Positions 9,951 through 19,600 of a stretch of 64,000 nucleotides of DNA are shown piece by piece. Positions within the stretch are counted from its first letter, which is position 1; each line of letters opens with the position of its first letter. The position numbers and the translations under genes were made by a program. The notes below the pieces were generated by a model. That model had not been told where the DNA came from and ran no database searches. It saw nothing but the letters and a program-made list of their open reading frames with translations. Origin of the DNA: an uncultured delta proteobacterium (GTDB lineage: Bacteria > Myxococcota_A > Polyangia > Fen-1088). Where the stretch lies: NCBI GenBank assembly GCA_963796685.1, contig CAWCMR010000008.1, positions 768,001 to 832,000 on the forward strand. The letters run 5' to 3'.

Positions 9951-11780
9951 TCAGCCACTTCGGCCATGCACCCGGAACACGCAGATTGCCGCGTTTTCGA
10001 GCACCGGGGAGCCGTAGCGCTCGGCAAGCTGCTCCCTGATACGGGCAACGAACCAGCTTTTCCCCCACTCGGGCCCGATATGGAAGAATTCTCGCAGCGG
10101 ATTCCAGTGCAAGATCAGATACTCGGCCTCGCTTCCCGCCACGGCTTTGGGATCGGCGAGGTCCACCACCGTGCGAAAGCGGATCCGGCCGCGGTTCGCC
10201 TGGCTCTCGGCGCGGCCGAGCACGTGATCGACCATCAGGCCGTTCGTGATGTATCCAGGCGAGGGCGGCCGGTGGTCAAAGGACGAGCGTCCAGCCACGG
10301 CGATGCCGAAAATGTCGGGATCGAGCGCGCCGCTGCGGTAGTATCCGGCCAGAACCGGCCGGCCGTGCACCTGCTGGGCAAAATAAAGCAGGTTGGCGTC
10401 CTCGCCCAGCACGAAGGGATACTCGATCACGGGCGCGTGGCCGCCTTCGCGCGCCAGCTCAAAGTAGAAGGGTTGCAGGTCGGAGCGCCGCAGGACCTGC
10501 GCTTCCCCCGGGGCCAAGGGGTCCGGGCGCGGTCGGTCCGTGTCGTGTGTCGCGTAATCGAAAGCAAAGGTGGGGTGTCTGGTGAAGCTGTTGGTCGCGC
10601 CGTAGAGACCGGGCAAGGGGCCCGCGACGAAGAGAACGGCGAGCAGGGCGGCCATCGCAACTAGCAGCAAGCCTCTCCTCGCTCGCGTACGAACGGCACG
10701 GACAGCTGCCTCGGCGGCCAAGCCCACAGCCAGGCTGGCGAGCAAGAACGCCGGCAGGAGATAGCGAACGAACACCCCCGCGACTCCGCTGGCGTTGGGG
10801 CGGGCCGCCAGCACCGCGAACAGTGCTCCTGCCACCGCAGCGCCGAGGACGAGCACGTCTTGCCGCGCTCTGCGCGCCGCCAAGACAAACCCGGTCAGCA
10901 CGATAGCCGCGTAGGCTACTTGCAGCGGAACGAACGCCGTCCCGCAGAGGAGCTCCCACGCGCCTGAAAACGTGCGCGCCGAGAGCCGCCCCGAGGCGTG
11001 CCATACCTCAGGCATGGGTGTGCGCAGGGCGGGAAGCCACAGGGCGCCGGCCAAGGCGAACATGCCCACCCCGGCCAGCAGCACGTGCCATGCGGAAGGA
11101 ACGAGCGCGGCGGAAGCGCGGCGCGCGCACAACCAGCGCAGTCCGGCGGCGACCAAGACGGCCGCGAGCAGCGCGGGCAGGGCCGAGGCGTGCATCCAGA
11201 TCGCGAGCCCTCCGAAAACCATCAGCCCGACTGCGTGGCGACGCCGGGCCGCGTGCAGCCACTCGCACAGGGAGATGAGCGCCAGGCACTCGAGCAGCAG
11301 AACCACGGAATAGGCGCGGGCCACCCGGCTGTAGAACACCAAGAAGGGCGCCATGGCGAGAAGGGTCGCAGACACTGCGCCGGCCACGGTGCCGAACCGA
11401 CGCCCCACCCAGCGCGGGAACACCCACAGCAGACCCACCCCCGCCAAGAGCGAGGGCAGCGCGATCGATACCTCGGTCCACCCGAAGGACTTCAATAGAG
11501 CCCGCAGGTAGAGGTTGTAGGGAACGCTGTTGGCGCCGGCGCGGCTGAAGTGGGTGAAGAGAAACCAGAAATTGCGCGAGAGCGCGAAATCGAGGCCGTG
11601 CCACTCGTCGTCCATGGGGATCTGGTCGCCCAACCCGTGCGCGCGAAGGAGCGTGCCAACCACCAGGCAGGCCGGCAAGACCAACCAGGACTCCCGACTC
11701 GGCGACGCTTCGCCCGTGCGCGGCGTGTGTCCTTCGTCGGCGCGTGCAGGGGTCGAGCGGCCCAGCCCCCAACCGGTCAT
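9951..11780 (-). CDS. GT-C fold (GT39/PMT-like) membrane glycosyltransferase
   Basis: DDE after the first TM, PFLVFYSRVARAYS, RYLLP; about 12 TM segments; ATG overlaps the upstream MFS stop (ATGA). Confidence 0.7.
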   Translation of the reverse strand: MTGWGLGRSTPARADEGHTPRTGEASPSRESWLVLPACLVVGTLLRAHGLGDQIPMDDEWHGLDFALSRNFWFLFTHFSRAGANSVPYNLYLRALLKSFGWTEVSIALPSLLAGVGLLWVFPRWVGRRFGTVAGAVSATLLAMAPFLVFYSRVARAYSVVLLLECLALISLCEWLHAARRRHAVGLMVFGGLAIWMHASALPALLAAVLVAAGLRWLCARRASAALVPSAWHVLLAGVGMFALAGALWLPALRTPMPEVWHASGRLSARTFSGAWELLCGTAFVPLQVAYAAIVLTGFVLAARRARQDVLVLGAAVAGALFAVLAARPNASGVAGVFVRYLLPAFLLASLAVGLAAEAAVRAVRTRARRGLLLVAMAALLAVLFVAGPLPGLYGATNSFTRHPTFAFDYATHDTDRPRPDPLAPGEAQVLRRSDLQPFYFELAREGGHAPVIEYPFVLGEDANLLYFAQQVHGRPVLAGYYRSGALDPDIFGIAVAGRSSFDHRPPSPGYITNGLMVDHVLGRAESQANRGRIRFRTVVDLADPKAVAGSEAEYLILHWNPLREFFHIGPEWGKSWFVARIREQLAERYGSPVLENAAICVFRVHGRSG

Positions 11781-13109
11781 GACTTCGTTGCCCCGGCGGG
11801 CTCGCCATCGCGCTGGGTGAGCAGTATCCGCGGCAAGAACGGAACCAGGATCAATGCCACCAGGGACGCCCCGGCGTTGAGCCAGATTAGCCTACCGAGG
11901 TTGTGGTGCCAGCCTGCTCCGGGGAGCTCGTACAGCCAGGAGCCCACGGGATTGGAGATGGCGAACACGGCGATGTTGTACACGCTCATCAGGAGCGCAT
12001 AGCCGAAGCTCTCGCTGCCCTTGGGGGTTGCCCGCGCTGCCAGGTCGAAGAGGGGCAGAACGCCGAGGATCGCCAAAAAGCCGTTGGCGCTGTCGATCAG
12101 CATCGCGCTTTGAGGCGACCGGTACCACAAATAGAGCAGACTGCTGATGGCGTTGAAGAGGATGCCACCGAGGAGCAAGGGCTTAAGCGAGAGCTTGCGG
12201 CAGACATAGGCATAGAGCCCGGTTGCCAGAATCCCGCCAACGCCAGCCAGGGCCTGCAAGCGGCCGATGCAGCTCCGTGCTGAATCGTAGGACATCCTGC
12301 TGGTAGTAGTTCATGGCTATGCCGAAGCCAGGCGCCATGAATACGAACATCAACAGGGCAGAAGCGGCCCACATCGTCTTGGAGCGCACGATCAGTCGAA
12401 GTTGCACCGCCGCCGCGGACCAGACCGCCAAATCGCGACGTGCATGCCGCGGCTCCTTCACCAGCACGAGCGTCACGGGCACGAGCAGAAACAGGAGCAT
12501 CGCCCCCAGGCCGGCGGTCCACCCGAAGGCCCGCGCCGCCAACCAACCGCCCAAGGGTCCCGCGATCACATTGATGACCCCGTCGATGGCGTAGCGAACC
12601 GACGCCAACCGACCGGTTGCGCCGCCTTCCTGCCCGGCCTCCACCAGAAGACCTCCGATGCTGGTGCTGGCGATGACCATGGACACGTTCAGCGACATCA
12701 TCAGCCAGAAGAAGGCTGCGTAGGAGCGAGGTGCCACGGCGAAGAGCGACCAGGTCAGGCCCGCGACCACGCCCGCCAGCAACAAGTAGCTCCGCCGTCG
12801 CGTGCCGAAGAGCGGAAAGCTGTCGCACAGCAGGCCGGCAAGCGGTTTGAGATACCAGGCAAATGTCGCAATGGCGAAAAAGTTCGCCTGCTCGGCTGCG
12901 TTGAGATGAAACTGGTTCTTGAAGAGAAATCGGAAAGGGAGCTGTCCGATGACGCCCGGCTGCCCCAAGGTCGTGATGAAGAGCCCCGCCGAGATGAGGA
13001 AGAACATGCGTCGCAGATCCGCGGGCGTGCGCACGAGCGCCGCGGGGGCGGCCTCGGAAGGGAGTGCCTCCGGGGGTGCCGTCGCGCCGTCGGTGGAGCT
13101 GGATGTCAT
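11777..13109 (-). pseudogene. MFS transporter (folate-biopterin/BT1-like) split by a +1 frameshift at ~12269
   Basis: WYLKPLAGLLCDSFPLFGTRRRSY and LAARATPKGSESFGYALLMS motifs; removing one base joins ..RFSTEL to IGRLQALAG; may be a sequencing error. Confidence 0.8.
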
Positions 13110-13201
13110 GATGGTGACTACTTTCACGGCTCACGATAGCCCATCTGGGCAACCATGCTCGCCATATTCCGTAGCCCGCGAACGGCAACCGGACGACCAG
13201 C

Positions 13202-13498
13202 CTAGAAGGGATAATCCGGAGTTCCGCTGCAGGTGCGATCGTAGGCGAATCCGGGCTCGGCGCATAGGCCGTCCGACGTACACACGAGCGTGTCCATGCA
13301 TGCGTACCCTCCAGTGAACGAGCACGCTTGCCCGGCCGTGGCCCTGGCGCGACACCGCAAGGTCGCATTGTCGCAAATGGCGCTGCTCACGCAGGAGTCC
13401 AGATTGCCGGCGCAGCTTCCTCCCATGTCAACGAGGGGCGCGCAGGTCGACGGATTGGAGGCAGTGCTGCAGAACAGGCGGTGCCAGCATGCTGGCAC
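13202..13498 (-). CDS. small Cys-rich protein, likely a C-terminal remnant of a secreted Cys-rich protein
   Basis: Regularly spaced Cys (GGSC..C..AIC..C..GQAC..C..LVC..GLC); no signal peptide or clear start. Confidence 0.4.
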   Translation of the reverse strand: MPACWHRLFCSTASNPSTCAPLVDMGGSCAGNLDSCVSSAICDNATLRCRARATAGQACSFTGGYACMDTLVCTSDGLCAEPGFAYDRTCSGTPDYPF

Positions 13499-13579
13499 CC
13501 GGCGGAAACACAGGGTGTATCAATATTCCGCAGCTCGTGGCGCGTAGTCTATTATCCGAAGGCCGGCTCCGCCGGCTCG

Positions 13580-15445
13580 ATGAGCGACGCGCGCCACACC
13601 ATCTCGAGTCTTGCCGGCGGTCTTTCCCGCCGATTCGTGATCGTGATCGTCGCCATCACGCTTTTCGGCGGCAGCCTGATCCTCTACGCACCGTCCCTGG
13701 GTTTCGGCTTCATCGGCTACGACGAAAGCGCGGTCCTGCTCGGCCATCCGAATCTGTACAACCAGCCCTCGCTGGCAAGCTCGGCACGGCAGATCCTGTT
13801 CGGCTACTTCCCGCGCGAAGAACCCCTCATCGTGCGCGACCTGTCCTGGTTGCTCGATGCGCGCCTGTTCGGATTCACCAACCCCCTTGGCTATCACCTC
13901 GGCAACGTCGCGCTGAACGCCATCGACGTCGTGCTCCTCTTCCTCTTTCTCCTGCACGCGACACGGTCGCTGCCGTTCGCAAGTCTGACCGCGGCACTCT
14001 TCGCGTCGCTCGCCATCCACGTCGAACCGGTGTGTTGGGCCATGGGACGCAAGGATGTCCTCGCCGCCTTCTTCACCCTGCTGGCCTTGCTGCTCCAATC
14101 GATGGCCCTGCGCGAGCCCCGTCGGCCAAGACGGCTCGCGCTGCACGCCTTGGTTTTCCTGTTGTGCCCGCTCGCCATCCTATCGAAATTCAGCGCCATC
14201 GTCCTGGCTCCACTGCTCGCCCTGCACCGCCTCTTCGCCCCCTTCCTCGAAGGTGCGCGCGGGCCACGCGAACGGCTCGGCCTTCGCGCGCGCTGGCGTG
14301 AGCTGGCCGGCTACGTGCCGCACGTGGCGGTCACGGCCGGGCTCTTCTTTTGGTACCAGCGCCAACTCAGCGCCTTCCAAGTCATCGGCGATCGCGGGCC
14401 GGCCGCCCTGTCTCTGCAGCACCTCGCGACGCTCGCCCTGCTGGTCCCGCTCAGCCTGGCGCGCACGCTTGGCCACATCGCCTGGGCCGCCGAGCACTCC
14501 ATCTCCTATCTGCGCCCGAACGTGGCGCTTCCACTCTTGTCCGGCGAGATCGCCAGCATCGTCGTCATGGGGCTTGGCTCGGCCGCCGCGCTGTGGGTGA
14601 CCCTTCGCTACCGCAAGGATCTGGCCTTCTTCGTTCTCGGCTTCTTTCTCTTCATGCTGCCGTACTGCAACGTCGAATACATCGGCATCTGGGTCGCGGA
14701 TCGCTACGCGTACCTTTCATCCTTCTGCGTGGTGGCGCTGCTGTCCGCGCTGGCCATCGAAGGCTGGCGCAGCCGGCAAGCGTGGGCTCGCGGGCTGGGC
14801 GCCGGGCTATTCCTCACCCTGGCGGTTCTCGCCGGGCTGGGACTGGTGGCAGGTCGAAAGCACCAGCAGGCCTTTCGCGATCCGCACGCCTTCTGGAGCT
14901 ACGAGATCGCCCGAGCACAGCCCTCGCTGCTGGCCTTCGAGTCGTATGCCAAGACCGCTCTCGGCGATGCCGCAGCTTCCGAACCGGGCTCGCCCGAGCG
15001 CCGGCAAGCAATCGAACGGGTGTCGCGCACAGCGGAGAGCGGCATTCGCTACTACCACACCCTGCCCTGGCGACCGGCGCCTGGCTATTTCAGTCGAGAA
15101 CGCACCCATCTTGCCGGCCTCTACTCGACCCTCGGACACGCGGCGACCCTGTCCGAGAAGCCGCTCGAAGATCGTCTCGGCTATTTTCAGCAGGCCTACC
15201 GGGTCATGCCGAATGGGCAAACCGCCCTGATGCTGGCCCAGGTTCTGCTGGACATGGCCAGGCGCGATCCCCCCAGCGAGCGGCTGGCCCGCTATTCCTT
15301 GCGCTTCTTCGATCGGTATCTTCGCCAGGCGAGCAGCGATCCCTTGCACCGGCAGGGACTTGTCAGGCTGCTCGATCAATACACCGACGCGTTCCCGGCC
15401 CTGGCCAGCGAGGTGCGCCGAATCTCCGAAGAGATCCTGAAATGA
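13580..15445 (+). CDS. TMTC-like GT-C membrane protein with helical C-terminus
   Basis: GFIGYDE..HPNL, GYHLGNVAL, HVEPVCWAMGRKDVL, LSK, ADRYAYL motifs typical of TMTC-like glycosyltransferases. Confidence 0.75.
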   Translation: MSDARHTISSLAGGLSRRFVIVIVAITLFGGSLILYAPSLGFGFIGYDESAVLLGHPNLYNQPSLASSARQILFGYFPREEPLIVRDLSWLLDARLFGFTNPLGYHLGNVALNAIDVVLLFLFLLHATRSLPFASLTAALFASLAIHVEPVCWAMGRKDVLAAFFTLLALLLQSMALREPRRPRRLALHALVFLLCPLAILSKFSAIVLAPLLALHRLFAPFLEGARGPRERLGLRARWRELAGYVPHVAVTAGLFFWYQRQLSAFQVIGDRGPAALSLQHLATLALLVPLSLARTLGHIAWAAEHSISYLRPNVALPLLSGEIASIVVMGLGSAAALWVTLRYRKDLAFFVLGFFLFMLPYCNVEYIGIWVADRYAYLSSFCVVALLSALAIEGWRSRQAWARGLGAGLFLTLAVLAGLGLVAGRKHQQAFRDPHAFWSYEIARAQPSLLAFESYAKTALGDAAASEPGSPERRQAIERVSRTAESGIRYYHTLPWRPAPGYFSRERTHLAGLYSTLGHAATLSEKPLEDRLGYFQQAYRVMPNGQTALMLAQVLLDMARRDPPSERLARYSLRFFDRYLRQASSDPLHRQGLVRLLDQYTDAFPALASEVRRISEEILK

Positions 15446-16077
15446 GCACGCGCAATCCCTACGTGGGCGCCTATCCCTGGCTGACAGGTCGGGCGGGCGT
15501 GTGGCGCGAGATCGCCCGCTACGTTCTTCGCAAGGTGCCGAGCACGCGGACCGTGGTCGAGCTGGGCGCGGGGTACTGCGACTTCATCAACAGCGTGCCC
15601 GCCCAAACCCGCATGGCCTTCGACCTGAACCCCGAGATGTCGCGCTTCGCTGCCCCCGGCGTGGATCTACGCGTGGGCGACTGCCGAGGCCTGCCCGGCG
15701 TCGAGGACAGCAGCGTGGATTTGTTATTCGCCAGCAACTTCCTGGAGCACTTCACCCTCGACGAGGCCACCGCCCTGTTGCGCGACATCCACCGCGTGCT
15801 GCGGCCGGGCGGACGCATCGCCCTCATCCAACCCAACTACCTGCGCTGCCCGACGCACTACTGGGACGACCCGACCCACAAGACCGCGTTCCACCACCAG
15901 AACCTGCCCGAGCTGCTGACGCGCAACGGATTTCGCGTGCTGCGCGTGGAGCCCGGTCTCTTGCCTTTCTCGATGAAAAGCCGGCTACCCAAGATCCCGC
16001 TTCTGGTACGCTGGTACCTGCGTTCCCCCATCAGGCCGCTGGCCGCGCAAATGTACGTGGCCGCAGAAAGGGTCTAG
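15442..16077 (+). CDS. class I SAM-dependent methyltransferase
   Basis: VELGAGYC motif I, SNFLEH, RVLRPGG; ATGA overlap with the upstream gene. Confidence 0.85.
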   Translation: MSTRNPYVGAYPWLTGRAGVWREIARYVLRKVPSTRTVVELGAGYCDFINSVPAQTRMAFDLNPEMSRFAAPGVDLRVGDCRGLPGVEDSSVDLLFASNFLEHFTLDEATALLRDIHRVLRPGGRIALIQPNYLRCPTHYWDDPTHKTAFHHQNLPELLTRNGFRVLRVEPGLLPFSMKSRLPKIPLLVRWYLRSPIRPLAAQMYVAAERV

Positions 16078-16079
16078 CC

Positions 16080-16820
16080 ATCTGGAAGGGTCAAGTCGTT
16101 TCTCTCATCCTGCCCACCTACAACGAGCGGGATTCCATCCGGCGTTCCATCGAGGATTTCGCGGCTACCGGCTTCATCGACGAGATCCTGGTCATCAACA
16201 ACAACGCCGCGCCCGGAACCAGCGACGAGGTCGCGCACACATCGGCACGCGAGATCCACGAACCCGTGCAAGGCTATGGCGCGGCCATGCGGCGCGGCCT
16301 GCGCGAGGCCAAGGGCGACCTGCTCATCGTGGCCGAGCCCGACGGAACCTTCCGCGGGCACGACACCGTGAAGATGCTCGCCTACTCGGACGACTTCGAG
16401 GTCGTGTACGGCACGCGCACGGTCAAAGAGCTCATCTGGCGCGGCGCCAACATGGGCCTGTTTCTCAAGTGGGGCAACTACTGGGTGGCCAAGCTGATGG
16501 AATTCCTATTCGATTCCACGTCGCTGACCGACGTCGGCTGCACCCTTCGCTGCATTCGCCGCGAGGCCCTGCTCGACATGCAACCGCACTTCACCATCGA
16601 CGGCAGCTTCTTCGGCCCGCAGATGATGGTGCTGTCGATCCTGATGAAGATGAAGATGATCCAGATCCCGGTGAACTACACCAAGCGCATCGGACATTCT
16701 TCGGTCACCGGCAACAAATGGGTCGCCTTCAAGCTGGGCCTGCGCATGATCCGCATGATCCTGGGCTACCGCCTGCGCGCATGGACCAGCCCTGGCAAGT
16801 TCCCACGCTCGCGAGCGTGA
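16080..16820 (+). CDS. GT2 polyprenyl-phosphate glycosyltransferase (DPM1-like); apparent ATC start
   Basis: SLILPTYNE, QGYGAA, EPDGTF, TDVGC, IPVNY..RIG.S; no in-frame ATG/GTG/TTG close upstream of the conserved N-terminus. Confidence 0.8.
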   Translation: MWKGQVVSLILPTYNERDSIRRSIEDFAATGFIDEILVINNNAAPGTSDEVAHTSAREIHEPVQGYGAAMRRGLREAKGDLLIVAEPDGTFRGHDTVKMLAYSDDFEVVYGTRTVKELIWRGANMGLFLKWGNYWVAKLMEFLFDSTSLTDVGCTLRCIRREALLDMQPHFTIDGSFFGPQMMVLSILMKMKMIQIPVNYTKRIGHSSVTGNKWVAFKLGLRMIRMILGYRLRAWTSPGKFPRSRA

Positions 16821-17152
16821 AAGGGTCACTGCGACTCGGCCCGCCCATCCCGTCGTGCGCTCACACCATCAGGCGACAACGCGGACGGTCGTCTCCAGCC
16901 GACGACACGTCTATTCGACACGGATGACGGTCCCGTGCCACGACCGGCGAGCAGAGTAGATCGCGGAGTTCTTCGGCAGGCGGCGCTCGGGCATGCTCGG
17001 CTCCAACGTCAACCCCGGTCCATGGCAGGGACATCGTATTGAATCGCAGCGTCGGCTTGGAGGCGCCCACACCGCTTGAACGGCAAATCGTTCGGCAGAC
17101 GACATCATCCCTCCACTGCGGACGTTCGCGGAACGTGTGGTAGGCTTCTCCC

Positions 17153-17353
17153 ATGCTCGCGACGAAGCAGAAAGTCAGGGATCTCTTGGAGAAGCTGCCC
17201 GACGATTGCAGCCTGGACGACGTCGTGTATCACCTCTACGTCATGCAGAAGGTCGAGGCTGGACTCGCCGACGCCGAGGCCGGCCGACTCATCCCCCATG
17301 ATGTCGTTACGGCGGAGCTTCGGCGCAAGTGGACAGCGGCAAGCGAGCTGTAG
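17153..17353 (+). CDS. type II antitoxin (putative)
   Basis: 66 aa, LEKLPDD..LDDV.Y.LYV..KVEAGLADAEAGRLIPHD.V; overlaps the downstream toxin. Confidence 0.8.
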   Translation: MLATKQKVRDLLEKLPDDCSLDDVVYHLYVMQKVEAGLADAEAGRLIPHDVVTAELRRKWTAASEL

Positions 17354-17640
17354 TCTGGACCCCATCCGCCCGAGACTGCCTCGACGAGATCCTGCAGCAC
17401 ATCGCGGCTGATTCGCCAGCCGCCGCTGCGAAAGTTCTGGAGGTCGTCCTCGCAGCGGTGGAATCACTCTCCGTGTTTTCGGAGCGCGGTAGGATCGTAC
17501 CTGAGGTCGGGAACCGGTCAATTCGGGAGATCTTCGTCTACCGATTTCGACTCTTGTATCAAGTCTCGTCCAGCGACGTTCGCATACTCGCGGTTCTGCA
17601 CGGAGCAATGGACTTTGATCGGTGGCTGCGGCACACGTAG
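17329..17640 (+). CDS. RelE/ParE-family toxin
   Basis: VVWTPSA..LDEI..IA.DSP, GRIVPE, IREI..YRLLY, ILAVLHG. Confidence 0.88.
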   Translation: MDSGKRAVVWTPSARDCLDEILQHIAADSPAAAAKVLEVVLAAVESLSVFSERGRIVPEVGNRSIREIFVYRFRLLYQVSSSDVRILAVLHGAMDFDRWLRHT

Positions 17641-17688
17641 CGCTGCCATAAGGCCGTTGCAGCTGGGAATCCCACTGCAGAGAAATCA

Positions 17689-18174
17689 CTACCGGCCAAT
17701 TCCGAGCATCCCGCTGAGCCAGCGCGTGGCGCGGGCGCGAAAGCCCGAGCCGTGGCCGCGGTTGATGTGGCGGATGATCGTCCGTTCATCCAGGAAGAAC
17801 GTCGTGGGCAAACGATCCTCACCGAAGGCGCGCGCGAGAGCGCCGCTCCCGTCCAACGCGACCGTGGCTTGCGCGGGCAAGGGATGGCTGACGAGGAATT
17901 CCTTCAACTCAGGCGCATCCCCCTCCTCGGCCACGATCATCAGGGCGAAGCTCGGATTGAGCTTTTCCCGGAGGGCCAGGATCTCGGCCAGTCCTTCCTT
18001 GCACGGCTCGCACCAACTGGCAAAGAAGTCCACCACCGTCACGTGCCCTCGCAAATCGTCGTTGCTTACGCTTGCTCGTGTCAGGGTTTCTGCCTCGAAG
18101 GACGGGACCGGCGCGCCGACCTGCGGCCGGGCTGCATCGGCCAGGAGCAACGGTAAGAGCAAGAGGGAGATCAT
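17689..18174 (-). CDS. TlpA-family thiol-disulfide oxidoreductase
   Basis: Signal peptide, VVDFFASWCEPC, LPTTFFLD. Confidence 0.85.
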   Translation of the reverse strand: MISLLLLPLLLADAARPQVGAPVPSFEAETLTRASVSNDDLRGHVTVVDFFASWCEPCKEGLAEILALREKLNPSFALMIVAEEGDAPELKEFLVSHPLPAQATVALDGSGALARAFGEDRLPTTFFLDERTIIRHINRGHGSGFRARATRWLSGMLGIGR

Positions 18175-18232
18175 GTCCCCAGTCTATCGCGCTCGAGGCG
18201 CGAGACCGAGACTGGTCTTTGTCGCAGATGCG

Positions 18233-19129
18233 TCAGCGATGACCGCCGTGACCGCCGCCGAACCCGCCACCATGACCGCCGCCGAACCCGCCACCATGGC
18301 CACCACCGAACCCGCCACCATGACCGCCGCCGAACCCGCCACCATGGCCACCACCGAACCCGCCACCATGGCCACCGGCAAAGCCTCCGCGCATGCCACC
18401 GCCGAACCGCGGTCCACCGCCGCCGAACCCGGCACGACCGCTGCCCGCATAGTTCATGCGCGCGCCGCCGCCGCGAAATCCGCCCGCTGCGAAGCCGCCG
18501 CGACCGCCGGAGGCGCGGTAGCCGCCGCCGAAGCGCGGTCCACCTCGGTACCCATAGCCACCGTGATTGCCGAAACCATATCCACCGCGGGGCCCGTGAT
18601 AGCCGCCCCAGCCATACCCGGCCCGGTACAATCCACGATACCAGCCGAAGCCAAGGGCGCCGCGCACGCCGAAGTAGGGATAGGCGCCCCAGCCCCAAAT
18701 CCAAGGCGCGGCCAACCAGGTCCAGCCGTAGGTCGGGTAGTACACGTAGGCGTAAGGAGAGCTGTCGTAGACCGTGCCCTCGTAGGTGTACTGATCACCG
18801 TACGGCATCCAAACCCAGCCGTACTGATCCGTGTACACCCATTGGCCCGCGGCCGGTCCCTGGTCGACCACAACGGGTTGCTGCACTGGCTGGACTTGTG
18901 CTTGCGGCTGCGCCTGGGACTGCACGGGCGGCGCGGGCGGCTGCAAAGGTGGCGCAGGCGGCTGCAGATTTGGCGCTGCCGTGGCAGGCTGCACTTGTGC
19001 CTGGGTGGGCTGGGACGCTGGCGCCTGATTGTTGGAGATTTCGACGAAATCTCCAGCGCGATCATCGGCTTGCGCGACGCCGGAGCCCAAGAGCAAGAGA
19101 GCAAGGCAAGGAGTCAGTTGAGTCTTCAT
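18233..19129 (-). CDS. secreted low-complexity protein (Q/P linker, Y/W/G-rich core, Gly-rich tail)
   Basis: Signal peptide ending AQA, YGWVW/YGWTW repeats, RGG and GGGHGGGF repeats. Confidence 0.75.
   Translation of the reverse strand: MKTQLTPCLALLLLGSGVAQADDRAGDFVEISNNQAPASQPTQAQVQPATAAPNLQPPAPPLQPPAPPVQSQAQPQAQVQPVQQPVVVDQGPAAGQWVYTDQYGWVWMPYGDQYTYEGTVYDSSPYAYVYYPTYGWTWLAAPWIWGWGAYPYFGVRGALGFGWYRGLYRAGYGWGGYHGPRGGYGFGNHGGYGYRGGPRFGGGYRASGGRGGFAAGGFRGGGARMNYAGSGRAGFGGGGPRFGGGMRGGFAGGHGGGFGGGHGGGFGGGHGGGFGGGHGGGFGGGHGGGFGGGHGGHR
18239..18375 (-). repeat. coding 24-bp tandem repeat (GGGHGGGF, about 5 copies)
   Basis: Units of atg(a/g)cc(g/a)cc(g/a)ccgaacccgccacc, directly adjacent with no spacers. 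Confidence 0.85.
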
Positions 19130-19600
19130 GGAACACCTCACATCCTAACCGTGACATCAGCAACGTTCATGCCATGCCGATCGCGCGGCGGACAGCCCGA
19201 TTGCCGCTTGCGCTTCACATTCTACGCCCCCTTGCCGGCCGCGACATGCGTGACCTTGACCTCACCTTCGAGCCCGCTCGGCCCGCTGTGAACAGGATTC
19301 ACGCAGCATTTTAATTGCGCCACACGGCTCGATCTTCGAACGCTACCATCGTGCACAAAGGCTGAACGTCCTGCGCCACCGCGGATGCTGTCGGGCGATT
19401 TAGTTGGCGCAAGCAGCCTTTCGCGGTCATAGTCTGGCCGTCCTTGCCTTCGCATGCTGCGAAGCGCGCCGGAACCGGTTGGCGGTCTTGCTGTCTGAAC
19501 GGTTTTTCTTGCACGGACCGTTCACATAACCCCTGACCTTCCGCCTTCGTAGGCGGGGCGCACCGAAGGGTCGGGGGAGACTGCCAAGAGGATCGCTTTG

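Noticed and set aside
18239-18375. Regular repeats as a possible CRISPR array
   Set aside because: No unique spacers, in-frame Gly-rich coding repeat, and no cas genes in the window.
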